DNA from: Mobula birostris
Lineage: Eukaryota
Length of the DNA: 64,000 bases
Direction: 5' to 3'
Assembly: GCF_030028105.1 (NCBI RefSeq)
Contig: NC_092372.1
Span: forward strand, 198,501,898 to 198,565,897
Shown here: positions 23,903 through 35,835 of the stretch, one piece after another
How the letters are laid out: every line of letters starts with the position of its first letter
How positions within the stretch are numbered: the first letter of the stretch is position 1
Notes under the pieces: model-generated
What the model saw: only the letters and a program-made list of their open reading frames with translations
Database searches by the model: none
Told to the model about the DNA's origin: nothing
Translations under genes and position numbers: made by a program

Positions 23903-24139
23903 TGAAATGACAAGCCAAAACAGCCAACAACTGTTGGTCAACAACTACCAATCCCAGGCTGGCTTTGATTGTTGTTCAAATCAACATTTTGAATGTTCTT
24001 GGGTAAACCAGTTAAATAGTTGTGCTTTGGGATGTATAGCTGAGTTTGAGCTTTGAGATTTATAGTTGCATGGTTTTACTGAATAAAGGAGTATTTCGAG
24101 TTCTGGCCTTATCCTGTCTCCTGGCTTTTGGTCTCATCA
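23903..24139 (+). repeat. 3' LTR of the Gypsy provirus
   Basis: Follows the PPT, has TG...CA ends and AATAAA, and is homologous to 20478-20699. Confidence 0.8.
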
Positions 24140-25500
24140 GTATTTATGGGCAAATGAGCCACAACAAGATAAAGAGAAGTTATATAGACCATTGTAAATC
24201 TTTACAAACCTCAGTCTTGGAGAGCTGTGGACACTCTGAGGATTACATCCAAGTCTGAGATCAGTCATTGTGGGCAGGTAATCAAAATTACAAGATCAGT
24301 CAGGATCTTATTGAATTACAGAGCAGATTTGAAGGCCAGTATGGACAATGCTTGTTCATGTTTTTTCTGCTTTGACAGTCTCCTTGATTCAGGAAACACT
24401 GTGACCAATTGCTGAGCTATGAAGATACCTGCTAAACTGTCAACATTAATTCCTTGGAGAGAGGAACACAACAGGCAGAAGCAGTCAACTGATTAGGTTC
24501 TTCTACATCTCAAGCCGTGGACATGTATCAAGCCTTGGCAGGTAGGTCAGGCTTAAGAGATGTATGGCATTACTGAGCATGCTTTCTAACATGAAGATAC
24601 ATTGATGGCATTCAACCGTTCAGAGGAAGAAAGGGAACAAGCATAGGAAGTCTCTAAAGACAGAGGGAAAGACTTTGCTTAATATGGCAGCCAACCATCT
24701 CAGCCTCAGCAAACTTTGAAGAGAATCTTCGTTCCATGAGGGTAGCATGTAGATAGAGCATCAGGTTGGTTAGGCAGAAATACCCACCATGTATAATCAC
24801 AGAGAAAACAACAATGCACATTTGGGAAATTTACCTTTGAATGTGTAAAGGGTCAACTTCCCAAACTAAAACAGCTCAGTCAACATCAAATAAGATTGCA
24901 ACGGAGACAATTGCTACACGGTATTTCTGCTCCTGGCCTGTTATGGGAAAGTTGTTTCTACATAGAACTATCTTGAACCATCCAGGCATATCCATATATG
25001 GAATATACATCATCGCCCAATACTTCCGTTATTGTCTGGATCACACACAGGCAATTACATTGCTCTGGCTTTAACTAACTTGATATGAAGAGAGCTGTTA
25101 TGCAACATCAGACCATGTACATATAAAGGCTTTGTTTTGTCCCAGTCATCTCTGTTTTCTTTGGAAATTCATACTGACCTCTTCAACTAGCAAATGGCCA
25201 AGAATACAGTCAGCAATAATTTATCAACTCATGGTCTTCTTCCAGCACTCTTTGCCTTTCAGCTCACATAGAACTTGGCAAACTTGACTTTAAATTCCTT
25301 GCTTGCCTTCATGGTAGTTTTCACCTCATACATTTTGTTCTCACTTGAACCAAAGACCACTGGACAAGTGCCACCAAATTGGCCCTCCCTGTTATTTCTC
25401 TCCGTCTAACTTTAGATATCCAGCATACTGGTTATATCCCACAGATCTGCTGTTACCCATAGATAATACAGACAAATAAAACATAAACTGATCGTTAATG

Positions 25501-25789
25501 GGCACCATGGCAATGTAACAGTTAGTGTGACACTATTATAGCTTGGGACACTGAAGTTTGGAGTCCTCTGTAAGGATTTTGTATGTTCTCCCCGAGGACT
25601 GTGTAGGTTTCTTCCAGGTGCTCCAGTTTCCTCCTACAATCCAAAGATGTAATGGCTAGTTGGTTAATTGGTCATTGTAAATTTTCCCATTATTAATTTA
25701 GGGTTGAATCGATGGGTTACTGGTGGCGTGGCTCGAAGGGCTGGCAGGGCTTATTCCACACTGTATCTCTAAATAAATAAATAAACAAA
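25501..25789 (+). mobile_element. V-SINE (HE1-like), near full length
   Basis: tRNA-like head, V-domain TTGTATGTTCTCCCCGAGGACTGTGTAGGTTTCTTCCAGGTGCTCCAGTTTCCTCCTACA, LINE-derived end and (TAAA)n tail. Confidence 0.8.
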
Positions 25790-25814
25790 CTACACTCTAT
25801 CAGCTACACTAATT

Positions 25815-28800
25815 TATAGAACATAGACCACAGAAATTTATAGCACAGGACAGGGCCTTCAGTCCATGGTGCTGTGCCAAACTATTTAAATTAGTAATAA
25901 AATGTTTAACTAAACCAATTTCTTCTGCAGACACAATGTCCATTTCCCTCCATTTTTGCATATTCATGTCCCTTTCTAAGAGCCCCTTATATACCTCTTT
26001 CTCACCTGCCTCTATTACCATCCCTGGAAGCACATTCCAGGCACCCATAACTCACCCTGCACATCTCTTTTGAAGTTATTCCCTCCCGGGCCTACCTCCT
26101 CTTAGAGATTATTATTTTGCAGCACAGTTGAGAGCCGTGATATGCTGGTGCAACCCATCATGTGACGCTCAATGAGAAAACATTGAGGAGAGGATACTTT
26201 CCATCCCCATACAGGCAATTTTGGCTGCTAACAACCTACAAAGTTACATAAATACTATTGACAACCCATGGGTAAAATGGACTCTAAAAATATGGAAAAC
26301 TATTATCAAACAAATATAAACTAGGGAGAGACATTGCAATTCTTAAATGGTGTGCATATGACTTGGATTTTACGCCGAATAAACTGGATGCTAGATTGAA
26401 GGACTGGACAGCAAAAAGAATAACAGCTATTTGCAATATAATGAAAGAAGGAACACTGTTCAGTTTTGAAATGCTCAAAGAGAAACACTTATTAGAAAAA
26501 CAAGGCTTTTACCGGTATTTACAGATATGACAGTATGTTAATAGGGTGGTTAAATAATAGGGTAACCAAGGCAAGTACATGTCTGATAGAGCTATTTAGA
26601 AAAGTGTATAATTCAGACAATGGTAGTAGAATAATTTCAAGTGTGTATAAGAGTTTGTCAAATCTTAAAACACATTCGACTTCATATATTAAAACAAAAT
26701 GGGAGAAGGAAGGAGGGATAATAATATCTGAGGTAGGCTGGACAATAATATGGAGGTATCAATGGACGTGTACCAGTTCACAGAAATGGAGCGAGTTTGG
26801 GTAGAAAAACTTGATAAGATATTTTATTACACCCTCTCAGAAATCCCATTATGATATTAACCTCCTTGTTTTCTGGAGAAATTGTGGAAGTCAGAATGCA
26901 AAACATTATCGTATCTTCTGGGAATGCCCTGTTATCAAAAACAATTGGAGTGGGATATGTAATGCCCTACAAGACATCTTTAAATGTGAAAGACCCTTAG
27001 AGAGTAAAATCATATATTTTGGGTATACCTCAAGAATGGTTGAAAAGAGATAAATATTTAATGAATGTACTGCTGGTGGCGGGTAAGAAGACCCTTACCA
27101 GGAAATGGTTATCACAGGAGAGCCCAACTTTAAATGTATAGATGGAAATTACAATGGACATTTACAAAATGGAGAAGATAACAGCATCTGTTAATCATAA
27201 GTTGGAACAATTTTATTCATACTGGAAAAAATATTTTAACTACATAACACCTGATTTTATTCTCACAAGTCAATGAATATGTTGTTAAAAAAAAGATCAC
27301 TCCCTACTCTGTACATAGTTTTCTTCTTTCGATTGTTCTTTCTTTCCTCTCCTTTCTATAAGTGTATACCTCAGATAAATATTAAGTGGAGATTTGTGTC
27401 AAACATGATTATATGATATATATGTAGTGTCTGAAATACATCTTGTGGAAATGTTTCATGGTGAAATTCAATACAAAATCAATTAAAAAAAGGAGTTATT
27501 CCCTCTCACTTTAAATGCATGCCCTCTAGTTTCAGACATATTGAAAATGAAAAAAAAGAAGTTGGTTGCCTATTCTATCTTTATGTCTAGTCGACATTCC
27601 CTCCCCTCTATCTTTACCTCTTATAATCTTATAAACTTCTAAGGGGACTTCCTTCGGCTTCCACCGCTCCAAAGAAAACAACCTAAGTTTGTCCAACCTC
27701 CCCTATAGTGCATGACCTCTAATCCAGACAGCTTCTTAGAAAACCTCTTCTGCATCCTCATTGATGCCTTCACATTCTTCCTGTAATGGAGTAGGCCAGA
27801 ACTGAATGCAATATTCCAGATCTGGCCTAAAAAAGCATTTTATAAAGATGAAATAAATTTCTCAACTTTTGAACTCAGTTCCTTGATTAATAAAGACAAG
27901 CATGCCTTATGACTTCTTTACCACTTTATCAACCTGGGCTGCTGCTTTTAGATATATTTAAATTTGTACACCAAGATGCTTTTGAGCATCAATCCTTCCA
28001 GGTCTTGCCATTAACATTATACCATCCTTTTACATTTGATCTCCCATAGTGCAATATGGCAAGATTACACTCCATCTGCATTTCGGCAACTAATCTACAG
28101 TATATCCTGCTCTATCCTTTGGCAATCTCCTATACTATCCACAATGCCACCTATTTGCCACCATCTGAGAATTTACCAACCTATTCATCAAAGCCATTTA
28201 TAAATATCACAAGCATTAGATTTTCCAGCACAGATCCCTGTAGAACATAACTAGTCATGGACCCCCAGCTACAATAAGTCCTGTAGACCATATCCTCTGC
28301 CTTCTATGGGCAATCCAATTCTAAACCTAAATGGTGCAGTCACCATGAATTCCGTGTCTATTATTCTTCCTGATGAGCCTACCTTTAGGGATCTCGACCA
28401 ACTCTTTACAAAAATCACAGCCTTATCTTCCTCAAACATCTTCATCGGCTTTTTCCAAAATTTCAGTTAAGACATGGCATGTCTCACACAAAGTCATGCT
28501 GACTGTGCCTAATTACAAGCAAGTTTTATCAAATGCTATAAATCCTATCTCTAAGAATCTTCTCCAGTGGCTTCCCTACCACTGACACAAGACTCATCAG
28601 TCTGTAGTTTCTGGGATCAACCCTATTTCCCTTCTTAAACAATGGAACAACATTAGGTACTTTCCAGTTCACTGGTGTCTAGAGAGGACACAAAAATGTT
28701 GGTCAAGGCCCCAGCAATCTCAACTTTTGCCTCTTTCAATAACTTAGAGTAATCCCATCAGGCCCTGTGTACTTTAAGAGACCCAATACTATCTTTTACC
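25815..28800 (-). mobile_element. Old CR1 ORF2/3' fragment split by an L1-clade insertion
   Basis: GAWNVLPGMVIEAG...GLLERDMN at the 3' end. Degenerate RT continues at 27506-28800. Confidence 0.8.
26086..27491 (+). mobile_element. L1/Tx1-clade LINE, 5'-truncated, with poly(A) and TSD
   Basis: C-terminal zf-RVT-like WRNCGSQNAKHYRIFWECPVI and IKTKWEKEGGIIISE, then an A-tail. TSD GAAGTTATTCCCTC (26072-26085) / GGAGTTATTCCCTC (27492-27505). Confidence 0.85.
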
Positions 28801-28874
28801 GCTCTAGCATATTCCGTTCTTAGATCTCTCCTTCTCCCATCAGTTTCTCCACTTTTGAAAGGTAACTTGCTCCT

Positions 28875-28975
28875 TGTTCTGACAAATGGTTTTACAATCT
28901 GAAATGTTAAGGCTTTCCACAGATGCTGTCTGACCTGCTGAATGTTTTCAGTATTTTCTATTTTTGTTCCAACTC
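28875..28975 (+). mobile_element. Penelope terminal unit, degenerate
   Basis: TTCTGACAAATGGTTTTACAATCTGAAATGTTAA...CACAGATGCTGTCTGACCTGCTGAATGTTTTCAGTATTTTC. Confidence 0.55.
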
Positions 28976-29209
28976 TTAATCCATTCCTCACCAAAACTCT
29001 ACGCCTTTCTACTCCTCCTTGCTCTTATCACAAGTCATTCTAAAAATGGTTTTCTTTCCTCAGGCAACAATCCCTCTCGAAAGTTCTCTCTTCAACTATA
29101 CTGAACCTAGTTCCCCTTTATGGACGGATATTTGTTCTGCGGCCTTGCAACCATCACTGTTCAACAATCTGATGCAAAAAAAAACTTTAGCTGCTAGGTA
29201 CCTAATGTA

Positions 29210-29325
29210 GAAGCTGAAAATGCTGGAAATATTCAAAAGTCAGGTAGCGTTTGCATAGGGAAAAAACTCTGTTTATTTCTCCACATATGATGCCTGTCCT
29301 GCTTAGTAGTTCAAGAATGTACTGC
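29210..29325. mobile_element. Inverted pair of Penelope tails (short palindromic relic)
   Basis: AAAATGCTGGAAATATTCAAAAGTCAGGTAGCGTTTG...ATATGATGCCTGTCCTGCTTAGTAGTTCAAGAAT. Confidence 0.5.
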
Positions 29326-29438
29326 TTTTCTTTCTCAAAGTCAATGTCTGGACTTGTCCAGCTTAAATTCAACCTTGTTTTAGCACTGAACAGCGTCTGG
29401 AAAATTTGGCAAATTTAGTAGTGAGACCCGCTACTCTA

Positions 29439-29965
29439 TGTTGTAATGTGAACAAAATCACAGAAGAGACGTAGCTACACACATAAAAATTGCTGGTGAA
29501 CGCAGCAGGCCAGGCAGCATCAATAGGAAGAGGTACAGTCGGCGTTTTGGGCCGAGACCCTTCATCAGGGCGTAGCTGGTAGATGTGAAGTAGTCTTTTA
29601 TTCAACAAAATGAGACACAGCAGGCGTCATATTGAGACCCTTCTGGAAGATGAGGCCTGCTCAACCCAACAATACATGCTAAAGAACAAAGGAAAGTTCT
29701 ATATTTACAAGGTATTTACAATGCCTCTTTTGAATTATATGTAAATTTCACATCTCCTTCTTTGCACTTATACACCAGACACCCAAAATGAATTATCAAT
29801 CAACATTGTCTGTTTTTTTTGATTAACTGCAGTTCACAGCTCAAGGAACCTATTGTTCCAGAGCTGCATTTTAAATTTAATCTACAGTCTAAAGATTGCT
29901 TGCTGAAGTTAGTTGCTGAAGTTAATGTTTTGCTGTAGAACCTAACTCTAGAATACTCTCTAACA
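29439..29965 (-). mobile_element. Solo LTR
   Basis: TGTT...AACA termini, flanking 5-mers CTCTA/CTCTT, and AATAAA on the minus strand (~29597-29603). Interrupted by a Penelope unit. Confidence 0.6.
29477..29570 (-). mobile_element. Penelope hammerhead-plus-tail unit with TSD
   Basis: Reverse complement reads CC CTGATGA AGGGTCTCGGCCC AAAAC GCC GACTGT...tail. TSD CGTAGCT (29470-29476 / 29571-29577). Confidence 0.85.
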
Positions 29966-30723
29966 CTCTTGGTTGCAAAAACTTATTTATTTCTGCCCCC
30001 TATGAATGTGATTTTCATCCTGCATCTTCTTGACCACTTTGTTGCCCTCATGTGACCACTGTTTGTTTGTGAGTCATGGTTCAGCTGGTAACACTACTGC
30101 CTCCAAGTCAGACAACTCTTGAGCTCAAAGATCCATCCTGATGAGGCAAAGGTTCGATGTTTTTCAACCAAGAGCTCAGTTTTCAAACTATTTCTTCACA
30201 ACTACATGGCTTCCTTAATTCTTCCACTGGCTCCTGTGTCTCTGAGATTTCATGCTCAGTGAGTTAATATTTTCCAATCATGTATTTTGGACAGCTAGAA
30301 TAATGAAAAGTTCAGGCATGTCTTAAAACAGCTGCTGGGCAGTGGTTAAACTGTAATCATCCCAGGAGAGGAAGACTGATCCACTGCAGTCTTGGCCAGT
30401 CACCCTGCTGGCCCTGAACTAATTAGGTCATGGACGTCCATTATAGGGAGGCAAACTTCTCAGCACAGTGGAGTCTCAGGTTACTCTCAAGGAGTTTTGA
30501 GAGAAACTCTGCTCCTCCAGGGCCCACTAGATATATAAACATTTGACTTTTGAATCCCCTTTGTCAGCTTTCTGCAAGTACAAAAACCATGAGGCATGCT
30601 GAACCCAAAAGTGGTATTAAGATCACACTAACATCAAAGAATCCTAATTTATCATTATTTCTAATTTTACTTCAGGCTTACTTGACTTGTTGATTCACGC
30701 GTCAAGCTAATGCTTGAGGAAAG

Positions 30724-30820
30724 CACACACAAAACGATGGAGAAGCTCAACAGGTCAGGCAGCATCTATGGAGGGAAATAAACAGTCGACATTTAGGGTG
30801 GAAATCTTTCATCAGAACTC
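30724..30820 (-). mobile_element. Penelope hammerhead-plus-tail unit
   Basis: Reverse complement reads AGTT CTGATGA AAGATTTCCACCC TAAAT GTC GACTGT...ATAGATGCTGCCTGACCTG. Confidence 0.75.
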
Positions 30821-30989
30821 AGTGCAAAACGTTTCTTTCTCTCAAATGTTGTGGTTCTACTATTTCTCTTTGGATGAGAGGCTTCAGGGTTATTTCTGAA
30901 AAGGCTGGATAGGACCAGGTAATGGTTACAGCACAGAAGGAAGAATACCCACATTCCTCTCGACTGGAGTAACTCTTTTGCTCTCCCCA

Positions 30990-31785
30990 AGGCAAGTCAA
31001 GTTTATTGTGCAGAAGTATGTTGAGATAAACATACAATGAAAAACTTGCTTGCAGCAGCAACACAGATACATAAGTACAGACAACACACAGAATATAAAT
31101 TATACATAAGTTATACAAGACAATGAAGGAAGAGAGAATAAAATAATTTATTGAAAAATGTTAGTGCAAAAAAAAACCATGTCCATATTAGTGGAAGAAG
31201 TGATTGGTTGTGTTCCATTATTGTGATAAGGTTAATGTCGGGCAGGTCAGTTTAGGAACTTAATGACTATAGACTAGTAATTGTTCCTGAACCTGGAGTT
31301 ATGAGACTTCAGGCATCTTGATCTCCTCCTGCCTGACAGTACCAGTGAAGAAGGGCATGGCCGGGATGTTGGAGATTTTTGATGATAGAAGCTGCCTTCG
31401 AGAGGCAGTGTCTCCTATAGATGCTGTCAATGGTGGGAGGAGCCGTGCCCACTAATAGACTGGGCTGCACCACCTACACTCTGCAACCACTTCAATTCCT
31501 ATGCATTGGAATTGTTGTACTGAGCCACGGTGCAACCAGTCAGGATACTTTCAATAGTGTATCTGTAGGGTGTTTGGTAACACACCAAATCTCCTTCAGC
31601 ACTTAAGAAAGTCGAAGTGTTGGCATGCTTCCTTCATGGTTGTATCTATATGCTGGGTCTAGGACTGATCATCTGAGACATTAATGCTTGGGAATTTGGA
31701 GATATTTACTCTCTCTGCCCCTAACCCACCAATTAGAACTGGCACATGGTCCCTTAACTTACCCTTTCTGAAATCAATGGCATGC
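30990..31785 (-). mobile_element. Rex-Babar LINE 3' fragment
   Basis: IDFRKGKLRDHVPVLIGGLGAERVNISKFPSINVSDDQS. Confidence 0.8.
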
Positions 31786-31815
31786 TCATTCTCCCGAAAT
31801 TTCTTTCCTAACAAT

Positions 31816-33281
31816 TCTTCTTCATGTGCCTTGGGCATTACACGCTTGGGCAATTATGGCTTTCCACATAGAACAATCCCAAGCAGCGTCAATGATATCT
31901 CACACTCTTAGATCTGTTAGTTCTTTCACAGTGTCCATATACTTTCTTCTTTGCCTTCCTCTTCCGCGTTTCCCAGGCATACGGCCTTGTAATGTAAGGA
32001 ATTCTATTTCTCCCTTTCTGATGACATGGCCCAGGAATTTAAGTTTCCTCTCATTTAACGTTCTCATTAAAGATCTTTTTGTATGAGCACGTTGGAGTAC
32101 TGTCTCATGAGTTACCCTATCTCTATATGATACTTTCAGCATTCTTCTAAGAAACCACATTTCTGTGGCTTGTAAGTTTCTTTGGAGTTCTGGTGTTATA
32201 GTCCATGTTTCGGAAGCATACAGCCAGATTGGCCAGATGTAACATTTTAGTAGCCTAAGCGTTGTTATAGAAGTGTGTCTGTTGGTAAAAATGGGTTTCA
32301 TTTTTTGGAAGTTGGTTTTGGCAATGGAAATTATTCTTTTTATTTCTACTTTACTTCTATCATCTTGTGATATAGAGCTACCAAGGTAATTAATGCTGGT
32401 CTTTTGTTCAATCTCTTGGTTACTGATGTACAATTGGCAGTTGGGAGTATCCTGCTGTTTTGATATTACCATATATCTGGTTTTTTTACAGTTGATGGTT
32501 AGACCAAAATCTGCACTTGTTTGTACTACTTTGTGTAGGAGAATTTGTAGGTCTTCTGCAGCACTTGCTATTAGGGTGCTATTAGTGTCTGCATATCTTA
32601 TATTGCTGATGTTAACACCTCCAATTTTTATCCCATCTCGGTCTTCTATTTCTCTGAGAATCATTTCACTATAGATATTAAACAATTCTGGTGAGGCAAT
32701 GCACCCCTGTCTAACTCCTCTTTAAATTTTAGTCCAACTGCTTATATTATCATCAAGTTTTACTGCTGCCATTTGGTTCCAATATAAATTTTGAAGCCGT
32801 TGTTGGTCCCTTCAGTCAATGTTTAGTTTAGCAAGAATTTGAAATAATTTTTCATGTTGCACTTTGTTGAATGCTTTAGTGAAATCAATAAAATATAAAA
32901 AGACATCATTTTGATATTCAATTGCCCTTTCTGAAAGCATTTGTAGTATGTAAATTGCGTTCCTAGTTCCTCTATCCTCAATAAACCCATACTGCAGTTT
33001 AGAAGTTTCTGGTCTTACTTGTTTTTGATTTGACTCAGAACAATTCTCAACAAAATCTTTATTATGTGACTCATAGGAGTGATTGTTCTATAATTTTCGC
33101 AGTCAATAGTTCCAGGAATTTTTGGCAGACTTATAAATACTGATTTCAAGAGATCGTCAGGCAATACACCAGACTCATATATGCCATTAAACAGTTCAAA
33201 AAGTATATCCATGCCCAGATCTTCGAGGGCTTGTATCATTTCTACTGAAATTTCATCAGGTCCAGCCACCCCATACACCCC
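31816..33281 (-). mobile_element. RTE-clade LINE RT region, 5'-truncated
   Basis: AGPDEI...IPGTIDCENYRTI; FNIYSEMILRE...NIRYAD; LYASETWT...EMWFLRRML; FLGHVIR...GKRGRGR. Tail is (GAA)n. Candidate TSD TTCCTAACAAT (31805-31815) / TTCCTAATAAT (33282-33292). Confidence 0.9.
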
Positions 33282-33459
33282 TTCCTAATAATATCTTTAT
33301 CTAATTCCCTGTTGATGGTCACAGTGGAATCTGCCTCCATAATATGCCCAGGAAATACATTCCAGTTCCCTACCACAGGCTGGTGAAAAAGAAATACTCA
33401 TTCAATGCTTAGCATTCAGGATGGGGGTAATAAATTGGAGTTGACACTAGCTTTGCAGA

Positions 33460-34785
33460 GGAAACCAGAGAGTTGTAGTACATGGTTGCCTCTCTGGCTG
33501 GAGGCCCGTGACTAGTGGTGTGCCACAGGGATTGGTGCTGGGTCCATTGTTCTTCTTGTTCTATATCATCAGTCTGGATGATAACATGGTAAAATGGACC
33601 AGCAAATTTTCAGATGACATCAAGATTGGGGACATAGTGGACAGTGAGGAAAGCAATCAAAGCTTGCAGCAGGATCTGGACCAGCTGGAAAATTGGGTTT
33701 AAAACTGGCAGATGGAACTTCATGCAGGCAAAAAAGTGTGAGGTGTTGCACTTTGGGAGGATCAACCAGGGTAGGACTTACATGGTGAACTGCAGGGCAC
33801 TGAAATGTGTGGTAGAACAGAGAGATCTGGGAATATAGATTCAAAATTCATTTGAAAGTTGCATCACAGGTAGCTGGAGTCATAAAGAGAGCTTTTGGCA
33901 CATTGGCCTTCATAAATCTAAATACTGGGTACAGGAGTTGTTATGTTGTGTTGAAGTTTTCCAATACATTGGTGAGATCCATTTTGGAATATTGAGCATA
34001 GTTCTGGTCACCTAACTATAGGAAAGGTATTAATAAAATTGAAAGACTGCAGAGAAAATTTACAATGATTTTGCCGGGATTTGAAGACCTGAGTTATAAG
34101 GAAATGTAGAATAGGTTAGGACATTTTCCCCTGGTGTGTATGAGATTTGATAGAATATCTTGAGGGTATTATTATGGCACACCCAAGCAGGTATTTTCCA
34201 CTGAGGTTGGGTGAGGCTAGAACTAGTGGTCATGGGTTAAGGGTGAAAGGTAAAATATTTTAGAGGAATATAAAGGGTTGAGTTGAGCGTTAAAGGGCAA
34301 AAGTTCAGGGGTAACATGAGGGGGAACTTTACTCAGAGAGTAGTAGCTGTGTGGAACGAGCTTCCAGCAGAAGTGGTTGAGGCAGATTCGAAGTTGTCGT
34401 TTAAAGTTAAATTGGATAGATATATGGACGGGAAAGGAATGGAGGGTTATGGGCCGAGTGCAGGTCGGTGGGACTAGGTGAGAGTAAGAGTTCAGCATGG
34501 ACTAGAAGGGCTGAGATAGCCTGTTTCCGTGCTGTAATTGTTATATGTTATATGGTTATTATAAGGGGGAAATTCTTCACTCAGAGGATGGTGAGAGTGT
34601 GGAACAAAATGCTATCAGAAGCAGTTGATGTGGGTTTGATTTCAACATTTAAGACTAATTTAGATAAGTAGATTAATTTAGATAATGTATGGAGTGCTAT
34701 AGTCTGGTTGCATCAATAGTTCAGCATGGACTAGATGGGCCAAGGACATGTTTCTGTCCTGTCGTGTTATATGACTCTCTGACTC
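33460..34785 (+). mobile_element. CR1 RT/3' fragment with a nested CR1 3' end
   Basis: TSGVPQGLVLGP...KFSDDIKIG...; ends CTATATGACTCTGTGACTC-like tail. Confidence 0.85.
34278..34559 (+). mobile_element. Younger CR1 3' fragment nested in a CR1
   Basis: VKGQKFRGNMRGNFTQRVVAVWNELP with a (TATGGTTA)-type tail. Same subfamily as 56587-57240. Confidence 0.85.
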
Positions 34786-34794
34786 ATTTCATTC

Positions 34795-35830
34795 TGTGTT
34801 CTCTTCCCTTTCATTTATGACCCGTGACCTCTAGTGCTTGACCCTCCGTCAAAGCGAACAGCCTCCCACTTTTCTCTCTGTCCACACCTCGATCATTTAT
34901 AGATTTTTATCAGAAGTCCCATTAGCCTTCTGTTCTCTAAAAGAAACAGTCTCAAGCTCTCTAATCTATCCTTGTAATTCAGGTCGTTCAGCCAGGAATC
35001 ATTCTCATAAATCTTTTCTGAATTCTCCCTTATGTCTTCACATACTTGCTGCAACTTTAGCTCGATTGAAGTGTACAGGATGGTTAGAGGCACAGACAGA
35101 GCGGATTGTCAGAGATTTTTTCTCAGAGTGGAAATGACAAATACAAGGGAACATAGTTTTATGGCGATTGGAGGAAAGTATAGAGAGATGTCAGAGGTTA
35201 GTTGTTTAACAGAGAGTGGAGGGTGTGTGGAACACCCTGCCAGGAATGATGGTAGAGGCATTTAAAAATCTCTTAGGCATATGGATGACAGAGACATGGA
35301 AGATTATGTACAAGGGAATGATTAGATTGATCTTGGAGTAAGTTAAAAGGTTAGCACACCATTGTGGGTCAGAGGGCCTGTAATGTCCCAAGTTCTATGT
35401 TCTATGTTCCATCTCATGGGGAATATTGCTGAACACAATATTCCAGTTCAGGCAAGAGCAGTGTTTCGTAAATGCTCAGCATAACTTCTCTCCAAATTAA
35501 CTGTCTTCTCCACCTGCCCAACTGCTTCCAAAGATTCGTGAACACATTCGCATGGTCCCTCTGCTCTTGCACCATTTCTGAACAGAATCCTTTCCTATAT
35601 TTTGTCCCCCTTCATTCTTCCTACCAAAGTGCTTCATCTCACATTCAACTTCATTCGCCCAGCAGATGCCATTTCCACCAGCCGACTTATAATTTACTGC
35701 GATCATCACCGTTAAAAATGCTGTCAAGGTGTGTGCCAAATACAAATTTAGAAACTGTGGTTTGTCCAAATCAATGTCATCAATAGAAATAAAAATAACA
35801 ATGGCCAAAACACTGAGCCCTCCGCGATAC
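34795..35830 (-). mobile_element. Old CR1 fragment (minus strand) containing a plus-strand CR1 3' end at 35063-35408
   Basis: LNYKDRLESLRLFLLENRRLMGLLIKIYK on minus. EVYRMVRGTDRADCQRFF...(TTCTATG)n on plus. Confidence 0.75.
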
Positions 35831-35835
35831 CATAA

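Larger units (their letters stand above)
20478..24139 (+). mobile_element. Degenerate Gypsy provirus with both LTRs (gag, protease, RT, RNase H; integrase largely deleted)
   Basis: Gag Cys/His knuckle at ~21480-21585. RT: YFEKLDLPEACLQVEV...TTHKGLF...LPSGVKVAPSIFQ...YLNGII. RNase H: IIITMDVTNYGVGAAISH. Polypurine tract AGAGGGTAGG before the 3' LTR. Confidence 0.9.

Noticed and set aside
30137-30165. Additional hammerhead (CTGATGAG)
   Set aside because: No stem II/GAAA box or Penelope tail follows. The same applies to the minus-strand CTGATGAG near 46293.
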